A DNA stretch of 64,000 bases, taken from NCBI GenBank assembly GCA_045120465.1, contig JBGVEW010000071.1, positions 6,444 through 70,443 on the forward strand, in the 5' to 3' direction. Under the pieces are notes generated by a model. The model was not told where the DNA came from, made no database searches, and saw only the letters and a list, made by a program, of their open reading frames with translations. Source of the stretch: Eubacteriales bacterium (lineage in GTDB: Bacteria > Bacillota > Clostridia > Oscillospirales > CAG-272). The translations under genes and the position numbers were made by a program. This document shows positions 1 through 6,039 of this stretch, one piece after another. The first letter of the stretch is position 1. The number at the start of each line of letters is the position of its first letter.

Positions 1-1933
1 CCTTGATACCGGTAACGGTGCCGGTGTAAACAGCTCCTACAACAGGCTCGAATACGATTGCATCGATGCAAGCCTTAGCGGCATCCGCCTGCTCGCTGTT
101 GATCGCGGCAATGCGAATGGTTCCATCGTCCTCGATATCGATCTTAGCACCTGTGTCGGCAACGATCTTCTGGATCACGGCGCCACCCTTACCGATGACC
201 TCGCGGATCTTATCGGGATCGATCTTCATGGTGGTCATCTTGGGAGCGTACTTGGAAACCTCTGCGCGGGGCGCGGGAATTGCCTTGAGAATGACCTCAT
301 CGATGATATAATCACGACCTGCGTGGGTCATTTCGAATGCTCTCTTAATGATATCGGGGGTCAGACCGTCGATCTTGAGGTCCATCTGGATGGAGGTGAT
401 ACCCTTATGTGTACCCGCAACCTTAAAGTCCATGTCGCCGTAGAAGTCCTCAAGACCCTGAATGTCGATCATGGTGTCCCAAGAGCCGTCCTCCGCGGTG
501 ATCAGACCGCAGGAGATACCTGCAACGGGAGCCTTGATCGGAACGCCTGCGTCCATGAGTGCCAGGGTAGAACCGCAAACGGAGCCCTGAGAGGTAGAGC
601 CGTTCGAAGAAACAACGTCGGAAACCAAACGGATCGCGTAGGGGAATTCTTCCTCGGAGGGAAGTACGGGGATGAGGGATCTTTCAGCAAGTGCACCGTG
701 ACCGATCTCGCGGCGTCCGGGGCTTCTTACAGGCTTTGCTTCACCGGTGGAGAAGCCGGGCATGTTGTAGTGGTGCATATATCTCTTGGAGGTTTCGCTG
801 TCGATACCGTCGAGCATCTGTGCCTCGGAGAGAGTTCCAAGGGTTGCAACGGTCAAAACCTGCGTCTGACCTCTGGTAAACAGACCCGAACCGTGGGTGC
901 GGGGAAGAACACCGACCTCACTGCCAAGGGGTCTGATCTGATCCATGCTTCTGCCGTCAACGCGCTTTTTGTCAACGAGCAACCAGCGGCGGACGATCTT
1001 CTTTTGGATCTTGTAGATGAGCTCTTCCATCATGTTGGGAAGCTCGGGATACTTTTCGGTAAACTTTTCAAGGATCGCGTCCTTGATCGGAACCATCTTG
1101 GCATCTCTGACGTTCTTGTCATCGGTGTCAAGTGCTTCCATAACGTCCTTTTCGCAGAATGCAAAAATTTCGTCGAACATATCGTGGTCAAGCTCGCAAG
1201 AGGGATACTCGAACTTCTTCTTGCCGATCTCATCAACGATGCCGTTGATAAAGCCGAGCAGGTCCTTGATCTCCTCGTGAGCCTTCATGATTGCGTTGTA
1301 CATGGTGTCGTCATCAACCTCGTTCGCACCCGCCTCGATCATAACGACCTTCTTCATAGAAGCGGCAACCGTCAGCTGCAGGTCGCTCTTCTTCTGCTGC
1401 TCGGCAGTGGGGTTGAGAACGATCTCACCGTCAACCAGACCCATGAACGCGCCGCCGATGGGGCCGTTCCACGGAATATCGGAGATTGCGAGAGCGGTGG
1501 ATGCACCGATCATAGCGGTGATCTCGGGGGAGCAATCGGGGTCAACGGACATGACCACGAGGGTGAGTGCCACGTCGTTTCTCAGATCCTTGGGGAAGAG
1601 AGGACGGATGGGGCGGTCGATGACACGGGAGGTCAGTACTGCCTTTTCGCTGGGCTTACCCTCTCTCTTGAGGTAGCCGCCGGGGATCTTACCTGCCGCA
1701 TACATTCTCTCGTCGAAATCGACGGAGAGGGGAAGGAAGTCGATGCCGTCGCGGGGTTTTTCGGATGCGGTTGCACAGCAGAGAACTGCGGTGTCGCCGT
1801 AGCGGCAGAGGACCGATCCGTTTGCCAGTCCTGCCATTTTACCGGTCTCGATTACAAGAGGTCTGCCGGCGTAGGTGTACTTGAACACCTTGTAGTTTTT
1901 AAAATTCATGGGTTCGCTTTTGGTAATGTTCAT
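1..1933 (-). CDS. pnp: polyribonucleotide nucleotidyltransferase (PNPase); the 3' end runs off the left edge
   Basis: Absent from the ORF track because no stop lies in the window. My reverse-complement translation from ATG 1933 gives MNITKSEPMNFKNYKVFKYTYAGRPLVIETGKMAGLANGSVL... In the same frame, 238 downward gives MTTMKIDPDKIREVIGKGGAVIQKIVADTGAKIDIEDDG (KH domain), followed by the start of S1. GGAGG lies 13 nt upstream. The 323..1993 + ORF is its antisense shadow. Confidence 0.9.
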   Translation of the reverse strand, partial: MNITKSEPMNFKNYKVFKYTYAGRPLVIETGKMAGLANGSVLCRYGDTAVLCCATASEKPRDGIDFLPLSVDFDERMYAAGKIPGGYLKREGKPSEKAVLTSRVIDRPIRPLFPKDLRNDVALTLVVMSVDPDCSPEITAMIGASTALAISDIPWNGPIGGAFMGLVDGEIVLNPTAEQQKKSDLQLTVAASMKKVVMIEAGANEVDDDTMYNAIMKAHEEIKDLLGFINGIVDEIGKKKFEYPSCELDHDMFDEIFAFCEKDVMEALDTDDKNVRDAKMVPIKDAILEKFTEKYPELPNMMEELIYKIQKKIVRRWLLVDKKRVDGRSMDQIRPLGSEVGVLPRTHGSGLFTRGQTQVLTVATLGTLSEAQMLDGIDSETSKRYMHHYNMPGFSTGEAKPVRSPGRREIGHGALAERSLIPVLPSEEEFPYAIRLVSDVVSSNGSTSQGSVCGSTLALMDAGVPIKAPVAGISCGLITAEDGSWDTMIDIQGLEDFYGDMDFKVAGTHKGITSIQMDLKIDGLTPDIIKRAFEMTHAGRDYIIDEVILKAIPAPRAEVSKYAPKMTTMKIDPDKIREVIGKGGAVIQKIVADTGAKIDIEDDGTIRIAAINSEQADAAKACIDAIVFEPVVGAVYTGTVTGIK

Positions 1934-1989
1934 GTTTGTTTCATTTCCTCCGTTTTTGAGTATTTGAGATGCTTACGGAGGTTTAGCAC

Positions 1990-2035
1990 TTAACCACAAA
2001 TCGGAAGCATCGGGGAAGTCCGATGCATGGTTAAC
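1990..2035 (-). promoter_or_regulatory. long hairpin in the rpsO-pnp intercistronic leader, a possible processing or autoregulation site
   Basis: Outer stem TTAACCA/TGGTTAA and inner stem GCATCGG/CCGATGC (2007-2013 / 2020-2026). It sits between the rpsO terminator and the pnp start. pnp leaders are RNase III-processed hairpins in well-studied bacteria; transfer to this organism is by analogy only. Confidence 0.4.
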
Positions 2036-2072
2036 TGCTAATCGACCGTAGGCTGTTGTGGAAGCGGAAACC

Positions 2073-2128
2073 GAGAAAAAACAACAGGGAGTGAGGGCAG
2101 TGACAATATGCCGCTGCTCTCCACTCCC
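2073..2128 (-). terminator. intrinsic terminator or attenuator after rpsO
   Basis: On the minus strand: GGGAGTGGAGAGCAGCGGCATATTGTCACTGCCCTCACTCCC followed by TGTTGTTTTTTCTC. It begins 11 nt after the rpsO stop. Confidence 0.6.
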
Positions 2129-2138
2129 ATGATTGTTT

Positions 2139-2402
2139 TTACTTTCTCAGTCCCAGCTTGCTGACGATCGCACGGTAACGCTCGATGTCAGTCTTCTGCA
2201 GGTAGTTCAGAAGGTTTCTTCTGTGACCGATCATCTTCTGAAGACCGCGGCGGCTGTGGAAATCCTTCTTGTTGGATCTCAAGTGCTCGGTCAGGTTAGC
2301 GATGCGGCTGGAGAGGATTGCGATCTGAACCTCGGGAGAACCGGTGTCTCCTTCGTGGGTTGCGTACTGCTCGATCAGGCTGAGCTTTTCTTCTTTCTGC
2401 AT
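2139..2402 (-). CDS. rpsO: 30S ribosomal protein S15
   Basis: [54 protein letters not shown]... is a classic S15 sequence. I prefer ATG 2402 (AAAGGTGA 8 nt upstream) to the track's GTG at 2414, which lies inside that RBS. Confidence 0.93.
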   Translation of the reverse strand: MQKEEKLSLIEQYATHEGDTGSPEVQIAILSSRIANLTEHLRSNKKDFHSRRGLQKMIGHRRNLLNYLQKTDIERYRAIVSKLGLRK

Positions 2403-2509
2403 TGGTTTTTTCACCTTTCTGATAAATTTGGCGCATCACTCAGCATTCGGCGGGTGAAGTGCTGCTCTACAGCCTCGAATCCGAAAACCGGGTGTACGTC
2501 ACGTAGCTT

Positions 2510-2538
2510 ATTATACCACACTTTTTTTCGTTTGTAAA
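2510..2538 (-). promoter_or_regulatory. sigma-A-type promoter for rpsO-pnp
   Basis: Minus strand: TTTACA (2538-2533), 17 nt spacer, TATAAT (2515-2510), preceded by TGg (extended -10). It lies about 100 nt upstream of rpsO. Confidence 0.5.
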
Positions 2539-2580
2539 GAGTTTTTTTGAATTTTTTTATAATATATAGAAAAGTTTTAC

Positions 2581-2613
2581 TAAAAATGCGAAGAGGCACT
2601 CGCGTGCCTCTTC
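2581..2613 (-). terminator. intrinsic terminator after the first LRR lipoprotein gene
   Basis: Perfect 10-bp stem GAAGAGGCAC-tcgc-GTGCCTCTTC (2590-2613). It is followed on the minus strand by GCATTTTTA and flanked on the other side by an A-run, so it could act in both directions. Confidence 0.6.
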
Positions 2614-2627
2614 AAAAAATGCGATTT

Positions 2628-3833
2628 TTACCACGGAGTGGGGACGCCGTCAACATATCTCCAATAATTTCCGTCTGCATCGGGCGCGCGTTTAGGGGCG
2701 TAAAAGTAGACGGTGGCGTTCGTGAGTGAGGCGTTTTCTTCCAAGATCACCATGGAATCCCAATCATCTGTCGAACCGCCGTAATAAATGGTATCAAGAT
2801 TTGCGCAATTGTTGAATGCCCCCCAGCCAATGTTCCAGACCTGCTTGGGAATTACGATGGTTTTCAGCTCTGTGCAACCGTCAAAGACACCGTTGGCGAT
2901 TCTTTCGACGCTGCCGTCGGCGGGGATAACGCTGTTTTTGCAACCTGCGATCAGGGATTTCGATTCGGTTTGAATCAAGCAGTTTCCGTCACTATGATAT
3001 ACGGAATTGCTGGGATCCACCGTAATGCTCTCAATGTTTGCGCACTGGTGGAAGACGAAATTTTCGATACTTGTGACAGAGGCGGGAAGTACGATGTCAC
3101 GCAGACTTGCGCAATCGGCAAATGCGGCATATCCGATGCTTGTAACGCCTTCCGGAATCGTGATATCGGTCAGATTGTTGCATGCGCAGAATGCCATCGA
3201 ACCGATGCTCGTGATGCTCTCGGAAAGGACTATCCCTTCGATGGTCTTGCAACCGCTGAACGCATCCGCGCCGATGCCTGTGACCGTATCGCCGTCTGGA
3301 GAGGTAGAGGGAACGAAGATTTTGGTGTCACGACAACTACCCATGCCCCTGACATAGCAGGTTCCGTCACCGTTGGAAACAAAGTTCAATCCTTGGGATG
3401 TATAGGGAAGATCGCAACGGGTGCACTCATAGTTTTCGTAGAGGTGTCCAAGCTCATCTTTTTGCTGATACGTTGTGTAATCACACCTACTGCAAGCCAC
3501 GTAAGCATCCCAACCGACCTCGGTGCAGGTGGGGGCTTTTGCCGCATGGTCAGCCTTGTCATGTCCCAAAGCATCGATGGATTCTGTTTCGCTCTTTTCG
3601 CAAAGAGTGCAGGAACGGATTTGGAAGCCTTTTACATTGCAAGTCGGTTCTTTGGTCACGACCCACTCGCCATATTGATGCTCACACTCGGCGGGGGAAG
3701 GATTCTGCTGTTCTGCGGGTGGTGTGGTAGCGCCAGGGGCTTCTGTCGTTCCGTCTTCACCATCGCAAGCGCAAAGTGTCAGAAGTAACGACAGTGTAAG
3801 AACAAAAAACGCAAGCCATTTGAACAGTTTCAT
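2628..3833 (-). CDS. surface lipoprotein with Cys-rich modules and BspA/TpLRR-type leucine-rich repeats
   Basis: 401-aa ORF. The N-terminus MKLFKWLAFFVLTLSLLLTLCAC is a signal peptide plus lipobox. GGAGG lies 7 nt upstream of the ATG. Cys-rich modules (CEHQYGEW..., ALGHD..PTCTEVGWDAYVACSRCDYTTYQ) are followed by about 23-aa IPxxVTSIGxxAFxxC repeats. The C-terminal APDADGNYWRYVDGVPTPW is shared with the neighbouring gene. Confidence 0.8.
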   Translation of the reverse strand: MKLFKWLAFFVLTLSLLLTLCACDGEDGTTEAPGATTPPAEQQNPSPAECEHQYGEWVVTKEPTCNVKGFQIRSCTLCEKSETESIDALGHDKADHAAKAPTCTEVGWDAYVACSRCDYTTYQQKDELGHLYENYECTRCDLPYTSQGLNFVSNGDGTCYVRGMGSCRDTKIFVPSTSPDGDTVTGIGADAFSGCKTIEGIVLSESITSIGSMAFCACNNLTDITIPEGVTSIGYAAFADCASLRDIVLPASVTSIENFVFHQCANIESITVDPSNSVYHSDGNCLIQTESKSLIAGCKNSVIPADGSVERIANGVFDGCTELKTIVIPKQVWNIGWGAFNNCANLDTIYYGGSTDDWDSMVILEENASLTNATVYFYAPKRAPDADGNYWRYVDGVPTPW

Positions 3834-3935
3834 AACAGTTCCTCCTTAAAAATGGGGTGAAAACAAGAGAAGAGCCGCTTGTGCGCTCTCGCGCAGGTTT
3901 GAAATTTTTGAGGTTATCAAAACGGTTCGTCTGCC

Positions 3936-5582
3936 TTACCACGGAGTGGGAACACCGTCAACGTATCTCCAATAATTTCCGTCCGCATCGGGTGCGCCGC
4001 CCTCGGCGTAGTAATAGATAGTAGCGGATATGAAGTTATCATAACCGATATTGATTTCTTGCCACTCATCAATATGTCCGCCGTAATAAACATTGTTGAG
4101 ATTCGTACAATTGAAAAATGCATAATCGCCGATGCTCGTGACATCCTCGGGAATTGTGATGCTTTCAAGGCTTGTGCAGTGATCGAACGCATAGCCGTCG
4201 ATACTTGTAACACTGTTCGGAATTGTGATACTTTCAAGGTTGGTACAACCATAAAATGCCCATTTTTCGATGGTCCATGGACCTTCGGGGATCGTGATAC
4301 TTGTCAAGGCGGTGCAATTGGCGAACGTCTGCTTGGCGATGCTTATCAAGTGACCGAGGATCGTGACGCTGTCCAGACTTGTACAATCGATAAATGCCTC
4401 AACACCGATGCTCCAAACGTCCTTGGGAATGGTGATACTCGTCAAGGTGCTACAATTCCGGAACACACCGTTGCCAATGGTCAACAAACGGTCTGGAAAC
4501 GTGATGCTTTCAAGGCTCTTGCAATCGAAGAATGCATAGTCGCGGATCGCTGTGAGACTATCAGGGAGCGTGACGTTTGTTAAACTGGTACAACCGTAGA
4601 ACGTGTAATAGTCAATGTATGTAACACCGCGGGGAATTGTGATGCTTGTGAGGGATGAGCAATCCCAGAATGCGTACTCACCGATGCTTGTGACAGTGTC
4701 GGGAAGTGTGATGCTTGTAAGGCTGGTGCACAAATCGAATGCATTATTGCCGATGCTTGTGACACGATTGGGAATCGTGATGCTTGTAAGACTGTAGCAA
4801 TCTTCGAATGCTCCGTTGCCGATGCTTGTGATGCTATCGGGAATTGTTACGCTTGTGAGGGATGAGCAATTCCAGAATGCTCCGTTGCCGATGCCCGTGA
4901 CAGGCATGCCTTGGTAAACGCTTGGAATTTTAAGCGTTGTGCCGGTATAAGAACCAATGCCACTCACAAAACAGTGATTTCCGTCTTGTGTAAACTCCAA
5001 TTGCCCCCAAACTTCAACACATGCAGAGCAAGTCAGATCTTGATTTTCTGCATTGTGTTCGGCAACGATCTCCTGATACGTTGAAAAATTGCAACGCGAG
5101 CAGGTTACGTAAGCGTCCCAACCGTTTTCCCTACAGGTTGGTTCCTTGGCTTCATGATGAATTTCATTTTCCGCTTTGTGTTGTGCCGGAATCGCTTGAT
5201 ACGTTGAAAAATTGGAACGCGAGCAGGTCACATAAGCATTCCAACCGATATTGGTGCAGGTTTCCTCTTTTGCTTCATGCTCAATCTCATCATGTCCTAA
5301 TGCATCAATTTCCCGCGTTTCACGCTCATCACACAGCCTACAACTACGAGATTGCTCTCCTTTTGTGCTACAGGTTGCTTCTTTTATGATGCTCCATTCG
5401 CCATATTGATGCTCGCATGTATCGGTGGGCGTATTGGGAGTGTTGGAACCATCCTCGGTAGGCGGTGTTTGCGGTGTGCCCGTGTCCGTGGTGGTTTCGT
5501 TTGTTTCTAAATTGCATGCACAAAGTGTAAGGAGCAATACAAGTGTCAACGACCAAAAGATAAGATGCTTGAAGTGTTTCAT
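3936..5582 (-). CDS. surface lipoprotein, paralog of 2628..3833 (Cys-rich modules plus BspA-type LRRs)
   Basis: The track ORF is 3936..5729. I place the start at ATG 5582 (MKHFKHLIFWSLTLVLLLTLCAC, signal peptide plus lipobox) because GGAGGG lies 8 nt upstream. It carries about 13 IPxxVTSIGxxAFxxCxSLTS LRR units and the same C-terminal ...APDADGNYWRYVDGVPTPW. Confidence 0.8.
   Translation of the reverse strand: MKHFKHLIFWSLTLVLLLTLCACNLETNETTTDTGTPQTPPTEDGSNTPNTPTDTCEHQYGEWSIIKEATCSTKGEQSRSCRLCDERETREIDALGHDEIEHEAKEETCTNIGWNAYVTCSRSNFSTYQAIPAQHKAENEIHHEAKEPTCRENGWDAYVTCSRCNFSTYQEIVAEHNAENQDLTCSACVEVWGQLEFTQDGNHCFVSGIGSYTGTTLKIPSVYQGMPVTGIGNGAFWNCSSLTSVTIPDSITSIGNGAFEDCYSLTSITIPNRVTSIGNNAFDLCTSLTSITLPDTVTSIGEYAFWDCSSLTSITIPRGVTYIDYYTFYGCTSLTNVTLPDSLTAIRDYAFFDCKSLESITFPDRLLTIGNGVFRNCSTLTSITIPKDVWSIGVEAFIDCTSLDSVTILGHLISIAKQTFANCTALTSITIPEGPWTIEKWAFYGCTNLESITIPNSVTSIDGYAFDHCTSLESITIPEDVTSIGDYAFFNCTNLNNVYYGGHIDEWQEINIGYDNFISATIYYYAEGGAPDADGNYWRYVDGVPTPW
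5050..5295 (-). repeat. intragenic tandem duplication, period 123 nt (41 aa), of the Cys-rich module
   Basis: gatacgttgaaaaattgcaacgcgagcaggt at 5075 recurs at 5198 as gatacgttgaaaaattggaacgcgagcaggt. At protein level, HEAKEETCTNIGWNAYVTCSRSNFSTYQ... aligns with HEAKEPTCRENGWDAYVTCSRCNFSTYQ... Confidence 0.75.
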
Positions 5583-5760
5583 TGTGTTTTCCCTCCAAAA
5601 TAAAAAGTGCGCAGCCGAAGCCACGCACGAAAAACGCATAGCTCCAATTGCTGCGACACAAGTGTTTCGTTTTCGGAAGAAAAGTATGCGAAACAAGAGC
5701 ATGCATTTTTGCCATAAGCAAAAATACACACTTTTCCGCCGAATTATTTACTTGTGTCGC
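5583..5760 (-). promoter_or_regulatory. structured 5' leader of about 178 nt for the LRR lipoprotein gene, ending in a terminator-like hairpin next to the RBS (candidate riboswitch or attenuator, class unknown)
   Basis: Nested helices: GCGACACAAGT (5760-5750) pairs with ACTTGTGTCGC (5663-5653); UUCGGCGGAAAAG pairs with CUUUUCUUCCGAA; UGUAUUUUUGC-uuaug-GCAAAAAUGCA forms an inner hairpin. Then comes GTGCGTGGC-TTCG-GCTGCGCAC (5628-5607), UUUUUAUUUU (5606-5597), and GGAGGG (5596-5591). Confidence 0.4.
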
Positions 5761-5766
5761 AAAATC

Positions 5767-5795
5767 ATTGTACCACAAAATTTGGAATTTGTAAA
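5767..5795 (-). promoter_or_regulatory. sigma-A-type promoter for the LRR lipoprotein gene
   Basis: Minus strand: TTTACA (5795-5790), 17 nt spacer, TGg-TACAAT (5772-5767). The predicted TSS coincides with the first arm of the leader helix. Confidence 0.5.
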
Positions 5796-5827
5796 GAGCC
5801 TTCACAAAAAATCTCAATTTTGCCGTC

Positions 5828-5865
5828 AAAAAACAGAAAAAGCACCTGACATGGTACTTTTCCTG
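5828..5865 (-). terminator. intrinsic terminator ending the parC-like transcription unit
   Basis: Minus strand: CAGGAAAAG-(14 nt loop)-CUUUUUCUG (9 bp including one G-U), followed by UUUUUU (plus-strand A-run 5828-5833). Confidence 0.55.
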
Positions 5866-5880
5866 CTCTTTTTCATTCCA

Positions 5881-6012
5881 TCAAAGCCCAAACAGGCTCA
5901 AAATAAAGGTGACGAGGTAAACGACAACGCCCGAGGAGACGAGAATTGCCAGTGCCAGCGCCAGCGCGCGGGCTGCGGGGGAGTGGGTGGATTTGTTCGT
6001 GTTGTTTGCCAT
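5881..6012 (-). CDS. small hydrophobic protein (43 aa, one predicted TM helix), hypothetical
   Basis: Below the ORF-track size cut-off. My translation is MANNTNKSTHSPAARALALALAILVSSGVVVYLVTFILSLFGL*. There is a weak AAAGGA about 11 nt upstream. It lies between the parC-like stop and the terminator at 5828..5865. Confidence 0.35.
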   Translation of the reverse strand: MANNTNKSTHSPAARALALALAILVSSGVVVYLVTFILSLFGL

Positions 6013-6039
6013 GATATGTGAGTTCCTTTCGTAAAAAAA

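Noticed and set aside
323-1993. 556-aa plus-strand ORF from the track
   Set aside because: It lies exactly antisense to the PNPase gene. Its translation is low-complexity (G/V/D/L-rich), has no RBS and contains no recognisable motifs. It is a shadow ORF.
2628-5582. Diversity-generating retroelement (template/variable repeat) explanation for the near-identical 3' ends of the two LRR genes
   Set aside because: There is no reverse transcriptase gene in the window. The few differences between the two 3' ends are G/A, A/G, T/C and C/T changes rather than adenine-specific substitutions.
3936-5729. N-terminal 49-aa extension of the LRR lipoprotein ORF as drawn in the track
   Set aside because: The extension covers the structured leader and terminator-like hairpin and has no RBS. 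ATG 5582 has GGAGGG upstream and starts a canonical lipoprotein signal peptide.
5583-5760. Assignment of the LRR gene leader to a known riboswitch class, for example c-di-GMP-I/II
   Set aside because: I could not find the conserved core sequences I remember for those classes, so I report only a generic structured leader. An Infernal scan is needed.
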